In this document: in pieces, positions 1 to 12,308 of the stretch
How positions within the stretch are numbered: the stretch's first letter is position 1
How the letters are laid out: each line of letters starts with the position of its first letter
Assembly: GCF_947568905.1 (NCBI RefSeq)
Contig: NC_079170.1
Coordinates: 79,112,001 to 79,176,000 of the forward strand
From: Ostrea edulis
Lineage: Eukaryota
Length of the DNA: 64,000 bases
Direction: 5' to 3'
Notes under the pieces: model-generated
The model's input: only the letters and a program-made list of their open reading frames with translations
What the model was told of the DNA's origin: nothing
The model's database searches: none
Translations under genes and position numbers: made by a program

Positions 1-382
1 ATAAAGATAGGTTTCGTTTGGGGTAGCCATTTTCATTCACGTCATAAAAAGTTTTGCAGGTCAACGAAAATGATGTATCTTCAGTGTGCCTTCAATAGAT
101 AAGTAACGGCGATGTATTGCTAGTGGTTTATCTAGATTTGCGAAGTTGTTGTCCTAATTCAATGGCACTTTAAAAGTCACAAAGAGGAATCATAACTCCG
201 AACAGGAAAAGAGATTCTTTCTTTAAATGACAGTTTCGTGTGCTATTTGTTACTAACGCAGACACAAATTCGCTCAAAAAACAAGCGAGGAAAAGCTAAA
301 TAAGTTTCAAATCGTCATTGTCAATCTCTGTAATGACCTCTCCATATAATCGAGTCCCAAGTGCTTATTTGTATATCAACAC

Positions 383-520
383 AACGGGTTATTTCTTACC
401 AATCAGAGTTTATTGACAAAGCCGTGTATAATATGTATACAAAATCTGCGAACCATAGTGACCAACTCCACTAGACCCATCTGGACTCTCAACACAGTGG
501 ACGCAGGTTTTCTGTAAGAA
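383..520 (+). promoter_or_regulatory. Putative proximal promoter of caveolin A, conserved with B
   Basis: AACGGGTTATTTCTTACCAATCAG (383-406) is identical to 3422-3445 and is followed by GTTTATTGACAAAG and TATAATA in both copies; contains a CCAAT box. Confidence 0.55.
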
Positions 521-526
521 AATACA

Positions 527-1750
527 ATGGCGGACAAAACTGGAGAAATTGATTTGGAGAACAGGGATCCTAACGGATTAAATAGTCATCTCGGGGTAGG
601 GAGATACAGCATTCTATGTCAAAGAAATCTGATTAGTAAAATGGTTAGGTCTCGCAAAGTAGAAACAAGAGTACATTTGATAGTACAAAAACCGTTTGGA
701 ATAGTGTACATGGGCGAAATTTAACGTTTTGTAGTTGGATGTGGAACATATCTTTAAAGTTGTTTTTCTGAAAGCGAAACAAAAGTGAATATATGTCTAC
801 ATATTCTGTCTAATTGATATAATGAATTCCATATCGAATCACAGATTATGCTATTGAATCAGATTGAATTATTATTATGATTTTCCCCTGAACTGCCTCT
901 TTTCACGTGGTGGCTGTATTTTAAGGATACGTACATGTATGATATTGTTAGTTTAGACAATGGGCGTTTAAATCATAGGTAATGTAAATAAATACTATAG
1001 AGGAAATTCGATTTATGATAACGACAATTTTTCACTGCATGATGTGGAATGTTAATTTTCTGTCTATTTTACATAATAGACTCTACTTTTTTATAAATTA
1101 AATTCTATATACGTTTAAACATAAATGTAAGTCTCCGTATATAAAAAAAAAAGAAGTTTGGCATACTATGTGTGATGTTCATTTATTACATCTGCAACTC
1201 GTTTCGTGTTTTGGTTGTTTTTATCATCGCTATATGAGTCTTATTTTCACAATCTTGTCAGATAATTACTACTTAAATTTTGTATCGACATGTTTGTAAA
1301 ATAGAAAGTATGCGTTGAATTACCAGATTTGATTGGATTCCAATAACTACTTCTAATTACAATTTTGATAATTTTGATGTATGTATACCGGAAGGCTTTA
1401 AGACACCCTTTTCGTATTTATAGACTCTACTCTTCAATGATGTCATCGGAGAACCGGATGGGACCCATAGTATCGACTGTGTCTTTAAGCTGTCCAACAC
1501 ATGTTTTGAGTGCTGGAAGGGTTTGTGCTACAAGTTGCTTACCTTGTGTTGCGGTTGCTGCATAGCTATCGAGTGGGGTTGCGAATTCGCCTACATCGCA
1601 TTTGCCCATATTTGGTTCATAACACCTTGCTTCAAATGCTGTGAAATGAACTGTGCAATTTTCCAACGAATCTATACCACGTGTATCAACTGTTGTTGTA
1701 CTCCATGCTACGAGTCCTTTGGAGGAATATTCCATCATTTCAAGAGATGA
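527..1750 (+). CDS. CAV: Caveolin A, Cys-rich short caveolin, 131 aa; join(527..595,1424..1750)
   Basis: Exon 1 MADKTGEIDLENRDPNGLNSHLG ends at GGG|GTAGG. Exon 2 follows TTTATAG| and reads TLLFNDVIGEPDGTHSIDCVFK...IEWGCEF...IWFITPC...GGIFHHFKR*. Matches the caveolin PIN motif (IDLxNRDP) and signature (FEDVIAEP-like). Phase-0 intron. Symbol is family-level only. Confidence 0.95.
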
Positions 1751-2039
1751 AAACAGACTCGTTGAATTATTTATTAAGATGTTCTTTTCAAAGCTGGAAT
1801 GAACAATTTTCTTTTCTCTTCATTGTTATATTAAAATAAATTTTATAAAATATCAGACTTTTGTTACATTTTCGAATATGAATTGTTGATTATTAGTACT
1901 GGTGCCCAGTGACATTGAATACGAAATACTTAAAACGGTATACTATTAAATATATTTCAATAGAGTAAACACTAGTTGTATTGAAACGTACCACAGCTCC
2001 TGTAATCACTGTAAACAGGAACTACACGTCACTATTTAA

Positions 2040-2190
2040 ATTCAGAAGATAACGAATAGTCACCAATCTCATAAAAGGAATACAACATAAAAAAAACCCT
2101 GAATATATCAGAGGTAGGATCAGGTGCCTAGGAAGAGTAAGCATCCCTTGATCAGTAATCCGCAGTCAAAATCAGTATGTCAACTCACTC
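2040..2190 (-). mobile_element. 3' end fragment of Penelope-like retroelement family
   Basis: Reverse complement of the GGGATGCTTACTC-TCCTAGGCACCTGATCC...TTATGAGATTG...TATCTTC motif seen in full at 34950-35368. Confidence 0.6.
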
Positions 2191-2585
2191 TGACACCCCA
2201 ATATTTTCATCGGAAACATTTTAGGGTTTCTAACAATCTTGAAACAAAGTATCCACTAAAATAGGATACTTTAAACGTATATCTGATGGCGTGTGTAGCT
2301 TCATTGTCCGCCGTAACACTGCTGTTTACAAGTCGACAACTGCATGCTATTTGTCAAGTGTTGACGATGATAGATATGCCTATTTTGCATTTCTTATGCA
2401 TTCTGGATACACAATAAGTCAACTAAGTAATATCTACGCAGTTCGATCCCGAACCCAACATGGTTGTTATATTTGCATATGCATCAGTTGGTAACAGGGA
2501 AATCGTATAGTATGTGAAGAAGAAAAACCTGAATTCAACTAAAAATTATACTTTATGAACTTAGAATTTTCTTTTGCAATGCATA

Positions 2586-2588
<3 letters not shown>

Positions 2589-2640
<52 letters not shown>
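2589..2640. repeat. (TA)n microsatellite, ~26 units
   Basis: Read directly from the sequence. Confidence 0.95.
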
Positions 2641-2643
<3 letters not shown>

Positions 2644-3421
2644 ACATACCATACTTTTGGAGATTACTAATTAAAATTTAGGGATGATACCCATCCCAAC
2701 CTTGATATCATATGAACGAGTGCTGAACAAACAAGTTTGTAACAATGTATAGTGAGATATTCATAATTTTAGGAATATATCTGCATGTTTTATGTTAATT
2801 TCAGGGTCTATGTTCATAGTTTCTTACAAAATGGTATTACATTTGTATACACACATCTCCTATTGTCCTAGTGGGGCCATTTCAGAAGTCAATACAACAA
2901 ATTTCTTTCAATGATACAAGTACCTGTCATTATATTTCTCGTAAGCGAGATATAGAGCTCAGAAGATTTTTTAGTCTGGTATTAAAAAGACCAATCCCAC
3001 ATTTTTTCTTTAATACGTTTAATGAATATGAAAGCTTTCTAAGAAGTGTAATAGAATATACCAATATATACACGTATCATAGATGGCTTAATTAATGTCA
3101 AAGTTTACAAACTGTTATACGAACAATCTATAGATGTATCTTTTGAATGGAAAACGATAATGAGAAGGTGCATTTTGATTGGTTGAGAAATATATGTTTC
3201 TCTCGATTGTTTCGGGGTCTTTATCGTGAGAAATTTGCTCTGTAAATAAAGAACTCGGGACAAAATGTAGATTTTTAAATCATGTATGTATAGTTTGTTC
3301 TACATAAGACATATATTTACTCACGAAAGAAGCTTGGAAAAGCTAGACAAATTTTACATACGCCATGCATTGTTATTCACTGAAATAAACGCTCAATAAG
3401 TGTTTAATTGTATCTCAACAT

Positions 3422-3570
3422 AACGGGTTATTTCTTACCAATCAGCGTTTATTGACAAAGTCTTGTATAATATTTATACAGTTATACGAACCATAGTGAC
3501 CAGGTGTAACATACCCGCTTGGACACTTAACACTGCGGACGCAGAAAAAGTTTTCTGTTGGGAATCAAAA
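3422..3570 (+). promoter_or_regulatory. Putative proximal promoter of caveolin B, conserved with A
   Basis: Same CCAAT and TATA-like block as at 383-520, at similar distance from the ATG, although other flanking DNA of A and B has largely diverged. Confidence 0.55.
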
Positions 3571-3572
3571 CG

Positions 3573-5733
3573 ATGGACAAAACTGGAGAAATTGATTTGG
3601 ACAACCGAGATCCCAATGGATTGAACAGCCATCTCGGGGTAAGGGGTGTGCTCAGTTTCCGTAGAGTGACAATTTCTATAGGAATGTGAATTGGTTTTTC
3701 AACCAATAGTTAGATTTGTTGTTATCAAAGGTAAATTTTTTAAAAAAAAAGTAGAAAAACAGAACACACGCGCTGGAACAAGTATCATACTAAACGACAA
3801 TTTAATGTTCTGTTGATTTATTATTTTACGCGAGTACTTTAAAATATGGCGAATATATACGTCAAATCGCGTGAACACGAATTCGCGGGTCGTCTGTTAA
3901 TTAAGAGTTCTTGCACGTATTTTAGCAACAGAGAATTAGAAGCGAGTAATTTTATTTCGCGAGTTACGTCTCTCGCGATATTACGCGTATATTTCGGAAT
4001 CTACAGGTACAGCTACAGATACAGTTTTAAACGTTCTATAATTTGATACGAAAATCATTTCACGAGTGTGACAGGGTTTGTTTATTTATTTTTCTTAAAA
4101 GTTTTATTTAGGAGTAAAGCATTTCTTCTAGAATAATTGAAGTTTAATTATTTGGTTTCCCAAGTAACTGCTATTTTGAAATTTGTGCAGAATCGGAACG
4201 ACATGGTCCCGACAAATGTAGTGTCGCTTAATTGATAATTTTTTGATATAGATAGTATTAAATCGGACAGAATATGAAGAAAGTGTTTCCGGTGTGACAG
4301 ATGTGTTTCAATGTGAAAACTGCAATTCTATTCGAGGACTTACAATACGCTTACGTATGGAAGTACTAATTGCACTACATTCGTCTGTCAGTGACGGGGT
4401 TATATCCCACAAAACTGCGATCATAAATTATCATTAGATGTCTGCGCATATATATTTTTGTAACGCACTATAATTAATTTATCTGCAAACCATTACGTTT
4501 TATCATCGCGCTATCAGTCTGACAAGGAATATGTAATACGTAATCTCCGAGTTGCCCGATAGTTATTTCCCTTTGTTAAACTCTTAGGCATGGTGAGGCG
4601 CAAAATCTGTTTACGTATTCTCGTGGTAGGTACAAATGCCTTCATATATTGCATAAAGGATGATTACAATACGTCATGCTACCACCCGAACTGCAGGGGC
4701 ACACAAATTTAATAAGTTTATGAGAGTTTGACAATAAAATAGCTCAAACAAAAATCGGTAATCACTATCTTTATTTGAGAAAAGTATCACTCACGTAGAA
4801 GAGGAAATAGATAATGATTTCATATTTAGTTTAATGGTTTAATTCAATCAAATCATTTTCAATATGGTCAGTTCAATGTATACATGTAGCAATGGCTGAC
4901 ATAAACAAAACTTACGTTTTCGAAACTTTTAACCTTATTTCATTTATGCTTGCTCCTCCTGGGCACCTGTTCCCACATCTGGTATACCCAGAGGTCCGTG
5001 TTTGCCCAACTCTCTATTTTGTATTGCTTATAGGAGTTATTAGATTGATCACTGTTTCTTTATCTTCACCTTTCATTTACATAGTCAGTCTATACTATAT
5101 ATACTATATATATGTTACTTCTTGTACCCACCCAAACGTTCAACAGAATACTGAACGTACCTCCATCACAAAAGAGCTGATATCTCGGAAATTGCGAATT
5201 ACTTTCACAACCGAAGTGAACCCCAACGCTGTAATGTATACGGAATATGAATAATTTCGAATGATATGTAGTGTTTTTGTATCGTCATGTTTTAAGTGCG
5301 AGTTCAAACTACTAAATTTAATTGATTTCCATTTACTACTCCTGATAACAGCTTTCATAATTTTGGTATGTGCATTAATAGAGTCTCTTTCTATTTGGAT
5401 TTATAGACCCTACTCTTCAATGACGTCATCGGAGAACCGGATGGGACCCATAGTATCGACTGCGTCTTCAAGCTGTCCAACACGTGCTTTGAGTTATGGA
5501 AGGGTCTCTGCTACAAGTTGCTGACTTTTTGCTGCGGTTGCTGCATAGCGATGGAATGGGGTTGCGAATTCGCCTACATCGCATTCACTCATATTTGGTT
5601 TATAACACCGTGGTTGAAATGGTGTGAAATTAATTGTGGAGTTTGCCAGCGAATCTATACCACGTGTATCAACTGTTGTTGTACTCCGTGCTACGAGTCC
5701 ATTGGCGGAATATTCCATCACTTCAAGAGATGA
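3573..5733 (+). CDS. CAV: Caveolin B, Cys-rich short caveolin, 130 aa; join(3573..3638,5407..5733)
   Basis: Exon 1 MDKTGEIDLDNRDPNGLNSHLG|GTAAGG; exon 2 after TTATAG| TLLFNDVIGEPDGTHSIDC...IFHHFKR*. Differs from A at 12 of 108 aa in exon 2. Confidence 0.95.
4943..5078 (+). mobile_element. Penelope-like element 3' end fragment in the intron of caveolin B
   Basis: ATGCTTGCTCCTCCTGGGCACCTG...AGAGGTCCGTGTTTGCCCAACT...GATTGATCACTG...TATCTTCACC, near-identical to 35230-35360. Confidence 0.7.
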
Positions 5734-5934
5734 ATACATTCTCCAACATATTTAGATATATGAATCAGGAATGAGATTACTCTCTCACCGTGCAAATATG
5801 ATATTAGCATAATTATGTTTTTTTATTTCTTCTAAATTAATTGTTGGGTATTTCAGAATTAAAGTTTATTGTAAACTTTTGATTTGTTTTGCTCTTTATA
5901 TTGCACCCATCTGTAATCAATGGATTGTTCGTAG

Positions 5935-6311
5935 CATTGTTTTTATCACGCCTCAGACAAAATTGTTGAAATCTGATTGGTCAGATCTTGGTCACATGAC
6001 GCCGTGAAAAAAACCGTATCATGCGAGTAAAATCCGTATTGGGCGAGTAATTTTATTTATCGTCGGGTTCGACTTGCAGCCGTTTCAAAAGGAAAGACAT
6101 TTGACTAAGTTGTATGATATAGACCCCCACATATACAGTTAGAGGTCTTCGACGTGATAAATTCGTTACACAGTCAGTTAGTGACCTGATACGGAAAAAT
6201 ACATGGTGTGAAAAGAACACCCGTATCGGGCTCGGCTTCGCCTCGCCCGATACGGGTTTTCTTTTCACACCATGTATTTTTCCGTATCAGGTCACTAACT
6301 AACTGTGTAAC
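5935..6311. mobile_element. Non-autonomous element with a 147-nt near-perfect hairpin (6165-6311); possibly Crypton-type
   Basis: 67-bp arms with 2 mismatches around the loop TCGGCTTCGCCTC; upstream TCTGATTGGTCAG motif. Superfamily assignment is from recalled resemblance only. Confidence 0.5.
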
Positions 6312-6809
6312 TAATAATGTTGTCTGGCTCTACAATGGGCATAACTAAATAATATAGTGGGATAATCGGTCCGGAATTGTGGTGTTTGTAAAACCATTGA
6401 ATGTGTAAATCCCACCTCAATATAGCAAATCGATAGCAGAAATAGTTGCCCCCCCCCCCCAAAAAAAAAACATATAGTATTTCAAGACAGGTAGAGGCAT
6501 CGATGTATATTTTGTTATATTTACATTGAACCAATGGTTTTGCCTTTGATGTCTTCACAAATTGTATCGTAATGATAGGCATTTGGTCACTCAGTTGCAA
6601 GCATTGCGCGTATAAATACGGACCTACTTGATAAATATACTTGTCTATTTCAACGGTAGGGGATTTTGACAATGATGGAAATAGAATGTAGATATTAGGT
6701 GAAAATACATGAGGGTATAAAATTCACGCCGGTGTATTTCATGAAATGCTAATGCGCTTGAACATGACGAAGTGCTGATGCGCTTAATGGCGTAGTACTA
6801 AAGCGGTTC

Positions 6810-7066
6810 ATGACGTGGTGCAGATTAATGCGCGTCATGACGTAGTGCAGATTAATGCGCGTCATGACGTAGTGCGGATTAATGCGCGTCATGACGTTGT
6901 ACGGATTAATGTGCGTCATGACGTAGTGAAGATTAATGCGCGTCATGACGTAGTGCAGATTAATGCGCGTCATGACGTAGTGCGGATTAATGCACGTCAT
7001 GACGTAGTGCACATTAATGCGCGTCATAACGTAGTGCAGATTAATGCGCGTCATGACGTAGTGCAG
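6810..7066. repeat. 27-bp minisatellite array 1 (GTAGTGCAGATTAATGCGCGTCATGAC), ~9 copies
   Basis: Read directly; produces the 9-aa periodic shadow ORFs on both strands. Confidence 0.95.
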
Positions 7067-7497
7067 ACAAACTTCCACCAGAGTTCGTTTGCTCACAAAC
7101 CAAACTCTTCCACTTAGGCATTATGGGATAGCGATTTCTTAGGCCGCGTATACTGTGACGTCACTGTAGAATGACGAAAAAACATAACGTCAAACGTAAA
7201 CAACTTTCAAAACAAGAACGTAAACATCAAGTTCATTACTTTACACAATAATTTGAACAGAGTCTCCCTACTTTTTAATGACCTTTTGATCATTTTATGT
7301 TTAAAATAAAATCCATACTTTTATATTAATGCTCTTAATATCAATATCTTCAAACTTTTAACTGCGAACTACTTCTTTAGTTTTATTTGCCTGCAAGATA
7401 ATCGCGGACTCACAATATACAAATCTGTATATTGTGCTGCGTCACATAGGAGAGGTCTATTCGTAGGTGACGTAATGAGGCCTCGACGGGGAGTTTG

Positions 7498-7857
7498 GTA
7501 GTGCAGATTAATGCGCGACATGACGTAGTGCAGATTAATGCGCGTCATGACGTAGTGCAGATTAATGCGCGTCATGACGTAGTGCTGATTAATGCGCGAC
7601 ATGACGTAGTGCAGATTAATGCGCGACATGACGTAGTGTAGATTAATGTGCGACATGACGTAGTGCAGATTAATGCGCGTCATGACGTAGTGCGGATTAA
7701 TGCGTGTCATGACGTTGTGCGGATTAATGCGCGTCATAACGTAGTGCAGATTAATGCGCGTCATGACGTAGTGCAGATTAATGCGCGTCATGACGTAGTG
7801 CAGATTAATGCGCGACATGACGTAGTGCAGATTAATGCGCGACATGACGTAGTGCTA
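7498..7857. repeat. 27-bp minisatellite array 2, ~13 copies
   Basis: Same unit as array 1, separated from it by ~430 bp of unique spacer. Confidence 0.95.
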
Positions 7858-9473
7858 ATAAGCTTTATGATGCTTGACGTTGTAGCGTCGTTGTTCATTT
7901 CCCATGTATTTTTCAAAAATGAAATTAATTTCTTAACGGAAATTGATTTTAAAGTCAAATTTCAGGAAATATACTTCCGATATTTACATGTACATGCGTT
8001 TGATAAGAATTATAATCATTATCATGTCTTTTTAAAAGTAGATGTGCCGTATTAATTGGATATTATGAAAGAAATGAAAATGTTCTTTTTATATCAAGTA
8101 ATATAACTTACGCACTTTATGCAAATGCAATCTACATATGTAACTTCAACGGCTTAAAAAGCAAACAAGCTAATGTCCTATAATATCTACATGTATCATC
8201 ATAGTAGGATTATAAACGTCCCGCTTCAAACCATGCATTGTCACGTGACGTCGCAAACTGGATTTAGAAAGAAAACGATAATGGCGGCACGAAAGCATGG
8301 ATAGCCAACAGGCTGCTGACAGAACACATTCAGCCATAAGAGACAGTCAGACACGGGACGGGGTAGGGAGTTCACACATTACAAAGGGGAATTGTATCTT
8401 ATGTTTTGAATTTAAAGATCAAATTACAGTAATCCGACTGCAGAAAGGTAAACGAAGTCCTTTTCTTTGGTGCTGTTTCTAATCCGTATTTGCGCACACC
8501 CATCATAAACATCAATCCTTCATAAATATGCATTAGAAAATCGCCGTTTTGACCTCGCATTAGATAGACCAATACTTCGTTGATATAAATCAATAATTTC
8601 TTGAAAATACCAGATATTATTATTTTACATAGTTTATCGCATACTGACTGGTCTTGTTTCCGACATCAAAAATATTGTTTAATACGACCCATATACTGCA
8701 CCTTTAATCAAGTAACAAGGAAGCTTTGGGCACTTTTCATATCTATGAAATATTTTCCTACTATCCCATAATATAAGGATAAAAGGGGTAACACTTTTTA
8801 AAATTTCTATACAGAAAACTTTAAATAATTTACAATCAGAGAAATTCGTTATATTTCACCACCTTGAATATCAAATTGTGTGGAATTTTCTTATCTGCCA
8901 GACTTTAATCGACAGGGGGAGTATTGGCCTGCAATCCTTCACAATATCTCCACGCATTCGGGATGTTCCGGTTGGGATCCAAATCAGACAATCGATTTAG
9001 TGTCGTTTAACTCTAAATCCAATAGGTTGTTATAAGTAGATTGCGTAGCAAAATTACAAGCCTCGATTGCATGTACTATCTCTGAGACAGGATATTGACT
9101 TATCACTTAAAAAAAATTAGTGTCAGTGCATTACCCAGACAACCACAATAGGAAAACAAAAACCTAAAAAGTCTTATGAAGAACTTACGATTTTGTTTAT
9201 TTATTAATTGTTTCATGAATGTGTTTACCTTTTTAAGTTCATTATGAACACTATCTACCAACAAGGAAACTTAACCTCTGATGACCTCATATTCATGAAT
9301 AATTAACAGTGAAAATGTATTGGTCAATACTGATTGATTATAACGGAATGGACGGTGCCATAACAACAGGCATCATCCCATACAAACAAAAGAAGAGCAC
9401 AAAGATTAAAACGAAGGAGATAAGCGTCATCCCCCTCATATTTCTCTGCAACAGGTGACTAGAAACGCGCAAA

Positions 9474-12308
9474 ATGGTGGACAAAACCAGAGTGATTGAT
9501 CTAGTGAACAGAGACCCTAATGGATTAAACAGTCATCTCGGGGTAAATATGGCGTTTCCTTCTGGTACGAAATAAACTGTCTGATGTGTACAGATACATT
9601 TTATAGCTGTGGAATTACTCGCCTCATATGTATTTTTTAGACTGCGTCTGATATGATAAGTTCGCAAGATTTAAGATTTAATTCGCACTTACTTATAGAA
9701 GAAACAGATATCTTGAATTATAATTTTTTTTTATATATATAGCAACAAAAATATTATGATAATAATATATAGATTTTTAAAAAAAAAATTAAAAATCGCT
9801 TTTAATAACATTTCAGATTTGCTCAAATACCGTCATCAAACAGTAACAAAAAATCATTGAATTTGAATAAAGAATATTCATTGCTAAAAATACATTAATA
9901 CGACTGCTTAAACTAATATAGATATAAAATAAATATAGATATAAAAATGAAATAAATATGAAATTTCAAATGTCACAATGTATAGGGAGATGTAATCATT
10001 AAGGCGATTTCATCCTTTGATATATGAAGTAAATGGATTACTTATTGTACATGCTACATGAATGTAATCGTATAAGGATTTTATCATTGAATCTGATTTT
10101 CTGCCGTAACCGCAAAAACCAATTGGTAAAAATTACATCATACACTTCCATACACTAACGCTGCCAAAACCGGAGGAAGGTTTTTATTAAAAGAATGAAC
10201 ACTATATTACACACTGATTTTGACTACGGATAACTCCGTTTACCTGATCAAGATATAGGGTTCACGGCGTGTGTGACCGGTCGACAAGGGATGCTTACTC
10301 TTCCTAGGCACCTGCTCCCAACTCTGCTATATCCAGGGGTCCGTCTCTGTCCCACTCTTGTTTTGTAATCTTTGTGGGATTTATGAGATGAAGCACTCTT
10401 CACCATCACCACTTTTCATCTATATCTGAGCGTTTTAGCTGTGCAGGTTAAAAATTTGTAGAATGTAAAATCAATTATTTCGTGAAATAATTTTTTTGAA
10501 ATTTGTTACAAAAGATAAATATGTTCTTGTGAACTTCATGTCGTTGTTGAAGCGTTACTATTATAGTGAATTTCATGGAATATTCCAATTCAAGTGATAA
10601 TCCCCATCATAGAAACAGCAAAATGTCAACCATTACAAAAAAAGAAATTATTTCACAGCATTCGATTCACTTACTAAAAAAAAAAAAAGAATTTCATGTT
10701 AGACATTTACCTAAATGTCCAATGCAAGCAATTCAAATTGGAACATAAAAGGGCAAGCCCAAGTGATCAGATGTTTAGCTCTACTCAGAAAACGCGTGTT
10801 TTGACAGGTATGTTTTAAACACCTATATACATGCAGGCACAATGAGATATTGCAACAATACACTTGTAACGCGCTCATGAAAGTGATGTTGGTATTCTAA
10901 TTAATTAGATAATTAAATAGATAATTAATTAGATAGTCTAAGGAAAAACATAACGTTTCGAATAGGAATTGTCAAGATTACCTATTGTATATTTAAAAAA
11001 TTCAATAATTACTGGTCTGATTTTACATTCTACACGGTGACGTAAATGTATCCGGCCATATAGATTAAAACTGTCCTGTATTGACAAACATGTCTGTCGC
11101 CTATTTATATCATTACATGTACATCAGTTCCAGTGCGCAACTTTTCTAATATACTATGTCTGCTTTTAAACTCGACTAAGTTGCGATTTGAAAAAAAGGG
11201 CGAATCGAGTACATGTATGTACATTTGAATTAATTCACTTTCCTTCGAACTGAACAACACCTAATGGAAACCACTATGATGTAAAATTTTCTTGATCGTT
11301 TGATATAGCAATTATCGCAATAGATCCACATAACCCAATACATGTAAAACTCTCGTCCATTGACAGGATTATTGATATCTTTGAGAATCGGCCATTTTAT
11401 TTTAAATTTCAATACACGAACGACTTAGAAGACCTGTTATAAACCTAACCATCGATTTTCAGAATCAATTGACATTTTTAAATGAAATTACATTATTGTT
11501 TGATAAGGTATAAACCAATTAGTGTACACAGTGACGTCACAATACAGCCTCTGTAGCAGCGGGAATCATAAAATCAATATTACATTGTTTTCTGTGTAAA
11601 CGAAAAAATATATAGACCAAATTGTTTCAGTGTAGAGAATAAAGTACTGTAGACATATTTAATTCCACGGAGTCGTACGTTCGCACACTATCATTTTTGG
11701 CTTGGTTCGCGGGCAGAAAATTCCTCTGAGTTGCATGATTATGTTTTACATGAAATTAAATATTTTAAATCCTCTGGTATGAAATTACGTGAATCTCATG
11801 TGACCGCGGACTTAGCAGAAATAAGTGCCGCGTGTAAAAAAAAAATGTACATTTATAATCTCCTTTTTTGCCAGAACGACAACATACCCAGTTTACTTTT
11901 CTCAATTTCACTTTAAGGTCAATCTAGCCACGATAGGAATATTTGGGTATTCGTGTTTTAACAACATACTTTTTCTTCCAGACGTTACTGTTTAATGACG
12001 TTATCGGAGAACCGGATGGGACTCACAGCATCGACTTCATCTTCAAGCTGTCCAACACGTGCTTTGAGTGCTGGAAGGGTCTGTGCTACAAGTTGCTGAC
12101 CTTCTATTGCGGTTGTTGCATCGCTATAGAGTGGGGTTGCGAATTTGCCTACATCGCATTCGCCCATATTTGGTTGATAACACCTTGCTTTAAATGCTGT
12201 GAAATTAATTGTGGAGTTTTTCAGCGAATCTATACCACGTGTATCAACTGTTGTTGTACTCCATGCTACGAGTCCTTTGGTGGAATATTCCATCATTTCA
12301 AGAGATGA
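9474..12308 (+). CDS. CAV: Caveolin C, Cys-rich short caveolin, 131 aa; join(9474..9542,11982..12308)
   Basis: Exon 1 MVDKTRVIDLVNRDPNGLNSHLG|GTAAAT; exon 2 after TTTTCTTCCAG| TLLFNDVIGEPDGTHSIDFIFK...IFHHFKR*. An acceptor-like site (TTTCTCTGCAACAG) ending at 9454 suggests an upstream 5'UTR exon. Confidence 0.95.
10208..10420 (+). mobile_element. Penelope-like element 3' end fragment in the intron of caveolin C
   Basis: CACACTGATTTTGACTACGGATAACTCCGTTTACCTGATCAAGATATAGGG...GGGATGCTTACTCTTCCTAGGCACCTG matches 35155-35270. Confidence 0.72.

Noticed and set aside
1427-1738. Antisense and alternative-frame ORFs over caveolin exon 2 (also 5494-5739, 11985-12326, 17312-17533, 54438-54758, 61907-62191)
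   Set aside because: Shadow frames of conserved Cys-rich coding exons; no independent motifs or splice signals.
4892-5254. 120-aa ORF containing MLAPPGHLFPHLVYPEVRVCPTLYF (similar ORFs at 15491-15793, 34816-35434)
   Set aside because: Spurious translation of the repeated Penelope-like 3' end.
6810-7857. Repeat arrays as CRISPR
   Set aside because: Eukaryotic DNA, head-to-tail units without unique spacers, and no cas genes.
6749-8055. Periodic ORFs (MTRINLHYV / DVVQINARH)
   Set aside because: Translations of the 27-bp minisatellite, open on both strands.
8200-8706. Possible Kolobok-type element ending ...CATATACTGCACCT-TTAA
   Set aside because: Only one terminus was recognised; no matching left TIR found.
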